This document shows positions 1-8,724 of a stretch of 32,152 nucleotides of DNA, one piece after another. The notes under the pieces are model-generated. The model searched no databases, was not told the origin of the DNA, and saw nothing but the letters and a program-made list of their open reading frames with translations. Position 1 is the first letter of the stretch; each line of letters starts with the position of its first letter. Both the position numbers and the translations under genes were made by a program. Origin of the DNA: Crocinitomicaceae bacterium (GTDB taxonomy: Bacteria; Bacteroidota; Bacteroidia; Flavobacteriales_D; Crocinitomicaceae); assembly GCA_002696025.1 (NCBI GenBank), contig NZQU01000017.1:1-32152 (forward strand). The letters run 5' to 3'.

Positions 1-249
1 ATTCGATTTAAAGGAGATATGATCAGCTTTTCAACCGCTCTATGGGTTGATTTTGAACTAATTGATAAAAAAGAAGTTGATAAAAAAACCTTTGAAGCAA
101 TAGTAAAGAAAAGAAAAGACCTAGAATTAGATGGATTGATCAAATCAGTTATTGATAAAGTTAAAATTGAAGCAGTCTGGGAAATTATACCAAGCATGCA
201 AGATACTTTTATCAATCTGGTAAATAACAGTTCAAAAGAAGAAATTTGA
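1..249 (+). CDS. ABC transporter ATP-binding subunit, C-terminal fragment (5' end lies outside the window)
   Basis: Frame +1 is open from nt 1 (IRFKGD precedes the tracked Met at 19). The tail PSMQDTFINLV resembles the PSLEDIFxxL C-terminus of ABC-2-type ATPases. Its stop overlaps the permease start (ATGA at 246-249). Confidence 0.65.
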   Translation: MRFKGDMISFSTALWVDFELIDKKEVDKKTFEAIVKKRKDLELDGLIKSVIDKVKIEAVWEIIPSMQDTFINLVNNSSKEEI

Positions 250-1526
250 TGCGTAATATTTGGATAATTACATATAGAGAATTAAAAGATCGTGTTAGAA
301 CAAGGTTTTTTATTATGATGCTTTTATTAGGACCTATTTTAACAATTGGAGGTCTTTATATTCTTTTTGAAGCAGGAAATGAAGGAAAAAAAGAGGTAAA
401 TGTCTTGGTATCTGATCAAGGAGATATTTTCAATAAGTATCTTATTTCAAAAGCCCCAAATTCAGTAAAATACTCATTCAAAAACAGCTATATAAACTAT
501 GAGGCATTTCAAACAAAAAAAGAATACAAACAATATGATGTTCTAATTGATTTAAATCACAAAGTTCTTACTAATAAAACTGCTTTGGTTTTTTATCGTG
601 ATAAAATATCTACTGAAACAAAAATGTCTTTGACTTATGATATAGAAAGAAGACTTGAGGAAATTACAATTCAACAAGTAAAAAATGTTTCTTTATCTGA
701 TTTTAAAAGAATCAAACAACCTATTTCAATCGGTTTTCGAGACATTAAAGATCCCAAAAAAGAAAAAGACTTCTTGAGCGCTTGGGCTGGATTTGCTTTT
801 TCAATCATCATTTTTTTATTTATAACATTATATGGAATGTCTATACTTAGAAGTATTGCAAAAGACAAGAGTACAAGAATTGTAGAAATCATACTCTCAA
901 GTACCAAAGCAAGCAATTTAATGTATGGTAAAATTTTTGGCATCGGAGGTGCTGCTTTGATTCAATTTATTTGTTGGATTGTAATCATGACATTTGGACT
1001 TTACTTTTTAAGAGAGAACTGGTTCAATAGTATTTATGATCCCTCCGCTGTTCTGGCTGAGAACACTCAATTAAATGAAATAGTTGAGTTGGTTTATAAT
1101 CGAATTAACTATCAGGTTATGATTCCGTATTTTCTATTCTTTTTTGTACTTGGTTATATATTTTATGGCGCTATTTTTAGTGCGATAGGAGCTGGTTTGG
1201 GTTCACAAAATGACGGGCAGCAGTTTGTTCTTCCCATTCTTTTTATTCTACTTATTTCTATTGGAATTTCTTACTTATCCATATACAATCCTGATAGCTC
1301 ATTAAGTCAATTCTGTTTATACCTTCCATTTACATCACCATTTACGGCTATGGTGCAGCTATCTCAGGGAATTGCTTCATATAAAATCATTATTTCTATT
1401 GTAATCTTATTAGCATCCATCATCATTTTGATTCGTCTTTCAAGTAGGATCTATAAAAATGGAATCCTTCAGTTTGGACACAGACTCAAAATTAAACAAT
1501 TCATTAAATGGATAAGAAAAAGCTAA
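246..1526 (+). CDS. ABC-2 family (NatB-like) transporter permease
   Basis: 426 aa with one N-terminal TM helix, a long extracytoplasmic loop, then about 5 clustered C-terminal TM helices. It is translationally coupled to the upstream ATPase fragment. Confidence 0.8.
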   Translation: MMRNIWIITYRELKDRVRTRFFIMMLLLGPILTIGGLYILFEAGNEGKKEVNVLVSDQGDIFNKYLISKAPNSVKYSFKNSYINYEAFQTKKEYKQYDVLIDLNHKVLTNKTALVFYRDKISTETKMSLTYDIERRLEEITIQQVKNVSLSDFKRIKQPISIGFRDIKDPKKEKDFLSAWAGFAFSIIIFLFITLYGMSILRSIAKDKSTRIVEIILSSTKASNLMYGKIFGIGGAALIQFICWIVIMTFGLYFLRENWFNSIYDPSAVLAENTQLNEIVELVYNRINYQVMIPYFLFFFVLGYIFYGAIFSAIGAGLGSQNDGQQFVLPILFILLISIGISYLSIYNPDSSLSQFCLYLPFTSPFTAMVQLSQGIASYKIIISIVILLASIIILIRLSSRIYKNGILQFGHRLKIKQFIKWIRKS

Positions 1527-2398
1527 TAAGAAAAGCTGTTATTGACTTAGGTACTAATACCTTCAACCTTCTTATTGCTGAATTTTTCGAAAAAAAATGG
1601 ACCGTTGTTTACAATCAAAAGATTGGGGTTTTACTTGGAATGGGTGGAATAAACTCTCAAACAATAGCAGAAGATGCAATGGCTAGAGGAATACAGGCCA
1701 TGGTTAAATTTAAAGAAATTTGTGATGATTACATCGTTCATCCAATAGCAATAGGAACCAGCGCATTAAGAGATGCTAAAAATAAAAATATATTTATTAA
1801 TGCTGTAACTAAAGAAACCGGTATTAAAATTGAGGTAATTAGTGGTGAAAAAGAGGCCGAATACATCTTTAAAGGCGTAAAAAAAACCTTTACACAAGAC
1901 AATGGTGTCATTATGGATATAGGAGGAGGAAGTACAGAGATTATTTATTTTAAAAACAAACAAATCATCAAAAAGAAAAGTTTTAATATTGGGGTATCGA
2001 GAATATACCAAATGTTTGACTTTAAAGACCCCATTTCAAAAAAGGAATCAGAGGAATTGAAAAAATGGTTTAATCAACAAACCGATGGCTTTTTAAACGA
2101 TATAAATTGCAATACCTTAATTGGCGCATCTGGAAGTTTTGAAACATTGTATGAATTGATTCATAACAAACACTTTCAAAGCAATACGTCTATTCTTCTA
2201 CCTATTGATGCCCTTTCAAATACACTGTATAAAACTTCTTTTTCTTCTTATAAAGAAAGAAATGAAAATGAGTGGATTGTTCCAATTCGAAAAAAAATGA
2301 TCCCTTTTGCAGCCATTAAAGTGGAATGGTTGATTGATGAATTAAATATTAAAGAAGTATATGTATCCCCCTACTCTATGAAAGAAGGATTTTTATAA
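1508..2398 (+). CDS. Ppx/GppA family phosphatase (N-terminal catalytic half only)
   Basis: VIDLGTNTFNLLI and MDIGGGSTEI match the ASKHA phosphate-binding motifs of Ppx/GppA. About 296 aa. Confidence 0.85.
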   Translation: MDKKKLIRKAVIDLGTNTFNLLIAEFFEKKWTVVYNQKIGVLLGMGGINSQTIAEDAMARGIQAMVKFKEICDDYIVHPIAIGTSALRDAKNKNIFINAVTKETGIKIEVISGEKEAEYIFKGVKKTFTQDNGVIMDIGGGSTEIIYFKNKQIIKKKSFNIGVSRIYQMFDFKDPISKKESEELKKWFNQQTDGFLNDINCNTLIGASGSFETLYELIHNKHFQSNTSILLPIDALSNTLYKTSFSSYKERNENEWIVPIRKKMIPFAAIKVEWLIDELNIKEVYVSPYSMKEGFL

Positions 2399-2413
2399 CA
2401 AACTATGATGAAA

Positions 2414-3376
2414 CTATGATTCGCCAAATAGTGAATCTACAAATTGATTTTTATCAAAAATCTTTAAATCATTAATACCCTCTCCAACTCCAATATATTT
2501 AACTGGAATTTTCATTTGATCTGATATACCAATAACTACACCTCCCTTTGCTGTTCCATCTAATTTTGTAACTGCCAAAGCATTAATTTCTGTAGCTTGA
2601 GCAAATTGCTTTGCTTGTTCAAAAGCATTTTGACCTGTTGATCCATCTAAAACAAGTAATATTTCGTGAGGAGCATTAGGAATAATTTTACTCATAACAC
2701 GCTTTATTTTTGTCAATTCATTCATTAAATTAACTTTATTGTGAAGCCTACCTGCTGTATCAATTATAACTACATCTGCATTTTGCGATTTTGCTGACTC
2801 TAGAGTATCAAATGCTACGGATGCAGGGTCTGCCCCCATTCCCTGTTGAACAATAGGAACCCCTACTCTTTCTGACCAAATTATTAATTGATCAACTGCT
2901 GCTGCTCTAAATGTATCTGCAGCACCTAAAACCACCTTTTTATCTGCGAGCTTAAATCGATTTGCCAACTTTCCTATGGTTGTTGTTTTTCCAACACCAT
3001 TAACTCCAACAACCATTATAACATAAGGCTCTCCCTCATATTTAGAGAAATCTTCAATTGATTGATCTCCCTCATCAAGTAAAGATGAAATTTCTTCCTT
3101 AAGGATAAAGTTTAATTCTTCAGCCCCCATTATTTTATCTTTGGAAACCCTTAATTGAACTTTATCAATTATTTTAAGTGTTGTTTCAACGCCCACATCT
3201 GAACTAATTAGAATTTCTTCCAAGTTATCTAGAACCTCGTCATCAATTGAAGACTTACCAATAATAGCTCGAGTTATTTTAGAAAAAATACTCTTCTTTG
3301 TTTTCTCAAGACCTCTATTCAGATTTGCCTGGTCCTCCGATTTATTTTGTTTATTGAAAAATGAAAATATTCCCAT
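2414..3376 (-). CDS. ftsY: Signal recognition particle receptor FtsY
   Basis: SRP-GTPase motifs GVNGVGKTTTIGKLA, DTAGR and TKLDGTAKGG. Short 320-aa form located after rpmB-rpmG-DUF4295, as is typical of Bacteroidota. Confidence 0.95.
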   Translation of the reverse strand: MGIFSFFNKQNKSEDQANLNRGLEKTKKSIFSKITRAIIGKSSIDDEVLDNLEEILISSDVGVETTLKIIDKVQLRVSKDKIMGAEELNFILKEEISSLLDEGDQSIEDFSKYEGEPYVIMVVGVNGVGKTTTIGKLANRFKLADKKVVLGAADTFRAAAVDQLIIWSERVGVPIVQQGMGADPASVAFDTLESAKSQNADVVIIDTAGRLHNKVNLMNELTKIKRVMSKIIPNAPHEILLVLDGSTGQNAFEQAKQFAQATEINALAVTKLDGTAKGGVVIGISDQMKIPVKYIGVGEGINDLKIFDKNQFVDSLFGES

Positions 3377-3409
3377 TTTGAATTATTAAAATTAAATACA
3401 ATTTAATAT

Positions 3410-3434
3410 AAAAAAAGCTTCCCTCGGGAAGCTT
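3410..3434 (-). terminator. Rho-independent terminator after the rpmB-rpmG-DUF4295 unit
   Basis: The minus strand reads AAGCTTCC-CGAG-GGAAGCTT (8-bp stem, 4-nt loop) followed directly by TTTTT. It lies 27 nt downstream of the small ORF stop at 3462. Confidence 0.65.
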
Positions 3435-3461
3435 TAATGTTTTAATTTGTATAAGTATGAA

Positions 3462-3614
3462 CTACTTATTAAACCAATCTTTCACATTGTCATTGTGAAC
3501 AATTTCTTGTTTAAACGTGTAATTACCCGTTTTGTCAGACTTACTCATTTTAATGACTTTGGTATGTTTTTTACCTCCGCCTTTCTGAATCGATGCAACA
3601 ACCTTTTTTGCCAT
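3462..3614 (-). CDS. Small 50-aa basic protein, DUF4295-like (not in the supplied ORF track)
   Basis: Hand translation of the minus strand gives MAKKVVASIQKGGGKKHTKVIKMSKSDKTGNYTFKQEIVHNDNVKDWFNK followed by a stop. The ATG is 7 nt after the rpmG stop, the conserved position for this family downstream of L33 in Bacteroidota. Confidence 0.7.
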   Translation of the reverse strand: MAKKVVASIQKGGGKKHTKVIKMSKSDKTGNYTFKQEIVHNDNVKDWFNK

Positions 3615-3621
3615 GACTTAT

Positions 3622-3807
3622 TTATTTAATTTCTTTATGAATAGTGTTTCTTTTCAAAATCGGATTGAACTTTTTAAGCTCTAAACGATCGGGAGTATTT
3701 TTTCTGTTTTTTGTTGTAATATATCTTGAAGTACCAGGCATTCCAGAACTTTTATGCTCTGTACACTCCATTATAACCTGAACTCTATTACCTTTTGATT
3801 TTGCCAT
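3622..3807 (-). CDS. rpmG: 50S ribosomal protein L33
   Basis: 61 aa, [19 protein letters not shown]...[21 protein letters not shown] is the L33 signature sequence. Confidence 0.95.
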   Translation of the reverse strand: MAKSKGNRVQVIMECTEHKSSGMPGTSRYITTKNRKNTPDRLELKKFNPILKRNTIHKEIK

Positions 3808-3825
3808 TTTATATTAAATGTAAAA

Positions 3826-4062
3826 TTACTTTATAAAACCTTTTTCTCTAGCCTCTTTAACACAGGCTTCAATTCCTTTTTTATTTATATTTCTTAATGC
3901 AGAAGTTGAAATTTTAAGAGTAATGTATTCTTTCTCTGAAGGAAGTAAAAACTTCTTTGTAATAAGATTAGGGTAAAACCTTCTTTTTGTTCTACGTTTC
4001 GAATGAGAAACATTGTTCCCAACCATTACTGATTTTCCGGTAAGTTGACAAACTCTTGACAT
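3826..4062 (-). CDS. rpmB: 50S ribosomal protein L28
   Basis: 78 aa, MSRVCQLTGKSVMVGNNVSHSKRRTKRRFYPNL is the L28 signature sequence. Confidence 0.95.
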   Translation of the reverse strand: MSRVCQLTGKSVMVGNNVSHSKRRTKRRFYPNLITKKFLLPSEKEYITLKISTSALRNINKKGIEACVKEAREKGFIK

Positions 4063-4093
4063 AACTTTAACTAAGTTTAAAAAAAATAGACTG

Positions 4094-4125
4094 CAAAGAT
4101 ATATTTAATGATTTTAACAACCAAA
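4094..4125 (-). promoter_or_regulatory. Candidate Bacteroidota sigmaA-type promoter for rpmB
   Basis: The minus strand reads TTTG-N20-TATCTTTG (-33 TTTG, -7 TAnnTTTG consensus). The -7 box ends about 31 nt upstream of the rpmB ATG. Confidence 0.4.
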
Positions 4126-4149
4126 ATATATAGTACATTTTTTTATTTC

Positions 4150-5397
4150 TTAATTTTTGTTTTCAGTTAAAATAAAATATCTGAGTAAATTTAATGAAGA
4201 CAGGGCTGTTCTTAACATATTTCGCTCTCTATTGTCGCCAAAATTAAACTTTCTAGTTATCACTTGATCTTTAGTTGCCAAACCTACCCAAACCAATCCA
4301 ACTGGTTTGGTATCTGTTGCACCACCAGGCCCAGCAATTCCTGTTGTTGAAATACAATAATCAACATCTAATATCTCTCTTCCATTTTTAGCCATTTCAA
4401 TAGCTACCTCTTCACTAACAGCTCCAAATTTTTGAATGCTATTTTTAGAAACTCTTAGTAAATCAGTCTTTAAACGATTGCTGTATGTTAATAATGAACC
4501 CATAAAATAATCGGAGGAACCAGCAGCAGAGGTTATTTTATTTGCAAGCATACCAGAAGTACAACTTTCAACAGTACCAAGTGTTTTTTTATTTTTCTTT
4601 AATAAATTCCCTGTAACTTCTGGAAGTGATAATTCTCCATAAGCAAAAAAAGCTTCAGGAAATCGTTCTTCAATTTCTTTAAAAAAACCATTAATTTGAT
4701 CTTTATCCTTAATTCCATTTTTTGAGGTTATTCTTAGCTTCACAATTCCTGGAGAAGGTAGATAAGCCAATCCAAAACCTTTGTTTCTAATATTGGTTTC
4801 CCATTTTACTAATTTTTCAGCTAAAAATGACTCTCCTATTCCTTGTGTCAATAATGTTTTATGGTATATCGATGATAAATTGAAACGATCTTTAATTCGA
4901 TGAACAATTTCATCCATAAAAATACCCTTCATTTCATATGGAACTCCAGGCAAACTAATGAATACTTGATCGTCTTTATCAAACCACATTCCAGGTGCTG
5001 TTCCATAATTATTGTTCAATACAATACATGAAGATGGGACATAAGCTTGGTGAGTATTAACATCTAACATCTGAGCTTCTCTAGCCTTAAAAAAACTAGT
5101 TACTTTTTCTAAAGTCAAATCATGTAAAACCAATTCTGAATCAAAAAATTCAGAAAGTACTTGCTTGGTAATATCATCTTTAGTTGGACCCAAACCACCC
5201 GTTAAAATAACACAACTTGCTTCTTTAGACACCCCATTTAAAGAATCTAAAATAGAGTCCTTAGTGTCTGATATTGTATTTACTCTTATTACTTCTGAAC
5301 CAATTAAAGACAATTGTTTTCCGAGCCAAGCAGCATTTGTATTAATAGTTTGACCTAACAAGAGCTCATCTCCAATAGATATAACCTCTACTTTCAT
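4150..5397 (-). CDS. cinA: CinA family competence/damage-inducible protein (MoCF-binding domain plus nicotinamide-nucleotide amidohydrolase domain)
   Basis: 415 aa. N-terminus MKVEVISIGDELLLGQTINTNAAWL and TGGLGPTKDD match the CinA N-domain. C-terminal TVESCTSG matches the PncC domain. Confidence 0.9.
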   Translation of the reverse strand: MKVEVISIGDELLLGQTINTNAAWLGKQLSLIGSEVIRVNTISDTKDSILDSLNGVSKEASCVILTGGLGPTKDDITKQVLSEFFDSELVLHDLTLEKVTSFFKAREAQMLDVNTHQAYVPSSCIVLNNNYGTAPGMWFDKDDQVFISLPGVPYEMKGIFMDEIVHRIKDRFNLSSIYHKTLLTQGIGESFLAEKLVKWETNIRNKGFGLAYLPSPGIVKLRITSKNGIKDKDQINGFFKEIEERFPEAFFAYGELSLPEVTGNLLKKNKKTLGTVESCTSGMLANKITSAAGSSDYFMGSLLTYSNRLKTDLLRVSKNSIQKFGAVSEEVAIEMAKNGREILDVDYCISTTGIAGPGGATDTKPVGLVWVGLATKDQVITRKFNFGDNRERNMLRTALSSLNLLRYFILTENKN

Positions 5398-6830
5398 TTT
5401 TTTGATGATTTAAATTTTATAATTGATTCAATATGGCCGGTATGCGGAAACTGATCAACAAGCGTTATTTTTTCTATTAAATATCCATAATCCGATAATG
5501 CAGAAGCATCTCTGGCTTGAGTTGACGGATTACAAGAAATATAAACAATATTTTCTGCACCAAGCTCCATTACTTTAATTAATGTTTTAGGAGCAATTCC
5601 TGCTCTAGGTGGATCTAGAATTATAGTACCTATTTTCCCAACCAGTTCAGGTTTAAATTTTAAAAATTTACCTACATCAGAAGCGAAAAACTCAAGCTTA
5701 TTAAGCTTATTTTTAATTGCATTTCTATTGGCATCATCAATTGCTTCAGATACAATATCTACTCCAATTACATTTAAATTTTGATTTCTCGAAGAGAGTA
5801 ACTGTCCTATTGTTCCTGTTCCACAAAATAAGTCCAAAACATACTTTTGTTCATCAATTGATTCTTCTATTACGTAATCCAATGCTTTGTTGTAAAGTTT
5901 TTCAGCACACCTTGGATTTGTCTGAAAAAAGCTTTCCATACTAATTTCAAAATCAAGATTGTTTATTTTTTGTGTAATAACTGATCGTCCCCATAACAAT
6001 TTACTGGTACCATTTTCAATTTTTGATCGATCAGCATGGTCATCATTAACTGTATGCTGGATTCCAGCAATCTTATCACCAAACAAAGACAAAATAAAAT
6101 CCACAAAAGATTTCGAATTAAATTTACTTATACCATCAGAAGATGTAACTAGATTAATAAGGAACTCGGATTTATCAAAGGATTTTCGCACCACTAAATG
6201 ACGAAAAAAACCTTCTTTTTTTGGTGGATGCCATGCGGGTAAGTTGCTTGATTTAAGATGATCTTGAATCAAATGAACATTTGACTCCCATTCCTTATCA
6301 AATAAACCAGATGGTTTCTTTAAACTTTCAACTTTCCACCAAGTCCCACGTCTTTTAAAACCAAGAGCAAAAGAGTCATCAATATCCTCATCGGTTTCAA
6401 GGCAATGTTCAATAGATGAAAAACTATATTCCATCTTATTTCTATAAAAAAAAGAGTCCGGAGAAGGGATCCACTCATCAAAACTATCCTGTATGTTATT
6501 TGCACCAGAAATTCTAGTTAAAACATCAAGAGACGAAGTCTTTTTAACCTCTTTCTGAAGCTCTATAGGCACTCGAATATAGGGGCCTCCTGAAATTTCT
6601 TGAAAATCTGTCTCTATTTCATGATTGGATCTTTTAAGAACCTTTATAAGGTTTGCCTCAGCATGATTTTTTCTTTTTTTGGAAATTTTAGCACGGACAT
6701 TTTGACCCGGAAAAGCATTTTGAACAAAAACCACAAAATGACCATTATCAGTAGGTATTTTTGATATGCCCTTTCCACCAAAAGCATATTCAGAAATAAA
6801 CAAATCTATTATTTGACCTCTGTGAAACAA
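5394..6830 (-). CDS. rlmD: 23S rRNA (uracil-5-)-methyltransferase, RumA/RlmD family
   Basis: TRAM-like N-terminus, SAM motif LDLFCGTGTIG, then ILDPPRAGI and YISCNP. The tracked start is TTG, so the exact start is uncertain. It overlaps cinA by 4 nt. Confidence 0.85.
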   Translation of the reverse strand: MFHRGQIIDLFISEYAFGGKGISKIPTDNGHFVVFVQNAFPGQNVRAKISKKRKNHAEANLIKVLKRSNHEIETDFQEISGGPYIRVPIELQKEVKKTSSLDVLTRISGANNIQDSFDEWIPSPDSFFYRNKMEYSFSSIEHCLETDEDIDDSFALGFKRRGTWWKVESLKKPSGLFDKEWESNVHLIQDHLKSSNLPAWHPPKKEGFFRHLVVRKSFDKSEFLINLVTSSDGISKFNSKSFVDFILSLFGDKIAGIQHTVNDDHADRSKIENGTSKLLWGRSVITQKINNLDFEISMESFFQTNPRCAEKLYNKALDYVIEESIDEQKYVLDLFCGTGTIGQLLSSRNQNLNVIGVDIVSEAIDDANRNAIKNKLNKLEFFASDVGKFLKFKPELVGKIGTIILDPPRAGIAPKTLIKVMELGAENIVYISCNPSTQARDASALSDYGYLIEKITLVDQFPHTGHIESIIKFKSSKK

Positions 6831-6876
6831 TTTTTTTTAACAAAACTAAATTAAACTAGAGAAAATAACAGAAAAA

Positions 6877-7578
6877 TCAATTAAATATTTTATTAATCTT
6901 TGATATCAATTCTGAAAAGTCTTTAAAATTATTTTGATGGATGATTTGTGTCCCTTTATCAGGAACAAAATGCAAAACTTTGAAACCTGATTTCTCAGCA
7001 CCAATAATATCTGCAACATAATCATCTCCAATCATTACTGAATTATTAAGATCCGCATTTGCTTTTTTTAAAGCATGATTAAATATTTTAGGAGAAGGTT
7101 TTAATGAATTAATCTCTTCAGAACAAACTACAGTCTGAAAAAAATCAATTAAACCTGAGTTCTTTAACTTGATATACTGAACCTCTTCAAAACCATTTGT
7201 AATAATATGCATTTTGTAATTCAAGCTTTTGAGCTCTTTTAAAACATTAATCACATTGGGAAACAGAATTGTTTGATAAGGAGACAACTCTACATAACCA
7301 TCACTAAATTGATTAACAAGAATATCATCATCAATACCAAACTCCAGAAATGTATCTCTAAATCTATTGACTCTTAAATCAGATTTTTCAATTTGATTTT
7401 TCCTGTATTTATCCCAAAAAGATTCATTTATTCTAACATAACACTTGTAAAATGAATCAAATGAAATATTATAATTGATTTTGACATAATTTTTGAAAAG
7501 AATTTTTAGCGCACACTTTGAATTTTGGTTAAAATCCCAAAGAGTTCGATCTAAATCAAAAAAAAGATGATATTCCAT
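6877..7578 (-). CDS. HAD-IA family hydrolase, YjjG-like nucleotidase
   Basis: Motif I FFDLDRTLWDF (DxDxT), IITNG, and GDDYVADIIGA (motif IV). 233 aa. Confidence 0.8.
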   Translation of the reverse strand: MEYHLFFDLDRTLWDFNQNSKCALKILFKNYVKINYNISFDSFYKCYVRINESFWDKYRKNQIEKSDLRVNRFRDTFLEFGIDDDILVNQFSDGYVELSPYQTILFPNVINVLKELKSLNYKMHIITNGFEEVQYIKLKNSGLIDFFQTVVCSEEINSLKPSPKIFNHALKKANADLNNSVMIGDDYVADIIGAEKSGFKVLHFVPDKGTQIIHQNNFKDFSELISKINKIFN

Positions 7579-8010
7579 TTAAAAAATAAAATAAGCCAAG
7601 CTTGTTGTTATAAATGCATTAATATTCATTCCTAAAAAGATAAGAAAAAATGCCGCTTTTTTCTTACCATAAAACTTTGCAACGATAATACTTCCTAATG
7701 GAACAGAAAAGAAGAAAGGAGCCCAAAAACAAATTCCAATAATTCCAAATTTTAGCTTGATCCAAACTACAAACTTGTTTGTTTTGGTAAACACCTTTTT
7801 TGTTTTTAGTTTTTTGCCACGATATGACTTTAACTTAATCATTAAATACCTACTGAAATAAAAGAAAAAAAATGAACTTACTGTTCCACCAATTACGCAT
7901 ATTAAATAAGTTTCAATAAATGATAATTCTAGTGCGGGCCCTGTAAAAGGCGCAAACATAAACTTAAATGTTGCCAGAAGGCCAATAGAAAAAACAGCAA
8001 GCCAATTCAT
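7579..8010 (-). CDS. Small 4-TM membrane protein of unknown function
   Basis: 143 aa with four hydrophobic helices and a Lys-rich central loop. It is packed between upp (3-nt gap) and the HAD gene (0-nt gap). No family recognised. Confidence 0.55.
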   Translation of the reverse strand: MNWLAVFSIGLLATFKFMFAPFTGPALELSFIETYLICVIGGTVSSFFFFYFSRYLMIKLKSYRGKKLKTKKVFTKTNKFVVWIKLKFGIIGICFWAPFFFSVPLGSIIVAKFYGKKKAAFFLIFLGMNINAFITTSLAYFIF

Positions 8011-8013
8011 GAT

Positions 8014-8661
8014 TTAGCATTTTTCTCCATATGCCAAATCACCAGCATCACCAAGTCCAGGAACAATATAGGATTGAGCTGTTAATTCTTCGTCAATGGC
8101 TGCCACCCAAATATCTGTCTCCTTTGGAAGTTTGGAAACAACAAATTCCAAAGCATCAGGAGTGGCTATAGCCGTAACAATAATTACTTTTTTGGGTTTT
8201 CCTTGTTGAAGCATTGCCTTGTAAACATTAACCATAGAGTTACCTGTTGCCAACATAGGGTCGCTTATTATTAATATTTTGTTGTCAATTTTAGGAGAAG
8301 CTAAATATTCAATCTTTATTTCAAACTCTTCCTCGCTAATGTGATGCCTGTATGCTGAAACAAAAGCACTCTCAGAACCATCAAAATAATTTAACAATCC
8401 CTGATGCATTGACAAACCAGCCCTTAATATTGTAGCTAAAACAGGTGAATCGTCGGGTAATTTAACATCAGCAATGCCAAGAGGAGTTTCAACTTCTTTA
8501 GATGAATATTTGAGCGATTTAGAAAGTTCATAGGCAAGTATTTCCGAAACTCGCTCCATATTTCTTCTAAATCTCAAAGGATCTTTTTGAATTTCAACAC
8601 TTCTAATTTCAGAAAGAAATACATTTAAAATTGAACTACTTGAAGAAACTTCATAAATCAT
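8014..8661 (-). CDS. upp: Uracil phosphoribosyltransferase
   Basis: ILRAGL, the PRPP-binding motif ILIISDPMLATGNS, and C-terminal YIVPGLGDAGDLAYG. Confidence 0.95.
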   Translation of the reverse strand: MIYEVSSSSSILNVFLSEIRSVEIQKDPLRFRRNMERVSEILAYELSKSLKYSSKEVETPLGIADVKLPDDSPVLATILRAGLSMHQGLLNYFDGSESAFVSAYRHHISEEEFEIKIEYLASPKIDNKILIISDPMLATGNSMVNVYKAMLQQGKPKKVIIVTAIATPDALEFVVSKLPKETDIWVAAIDEELTAQSYIVPGLGDAGDLAYGEKC

Positions 8662-8678
8662 ATGGGTAAGGCTTTAAA

Positions 8679-8707
8679 CAAAAATAAAGGTTTTATGCTA
8701 AGAACAA
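8679..8707 (-). promoter_or_regulatory. Candidate promoter for upp
   Basis: The minus strand reads TTG-N18-TATTTTTG, with the -7 box 17 nt upstream of the upp ATG. The spacer is slightly short. Confidence 0.3.
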
Positions 8708-8724
8708 TAATAAATATTAAATTT

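Noticed and set aside
2400-2420. A tandem direct repeat AAACTATGAT-G-AAACTATGAT between the convergent ppx-like gene and ftsY.
   Set aside because: There are only two short copies, they overlap the ftsY stop codon, and there is no further periodicity. This is most likely chance or a small duplication with no evident function.
3447-3629. A tracked plus-strand 60-aa ORF between ftsY and rpmG.
   Set aside because: It is antisense to the conserved 50-aa DUF4295-like gene and to the 3' end of rpmG. The minus-strand reading has a clear syntenic rationale.
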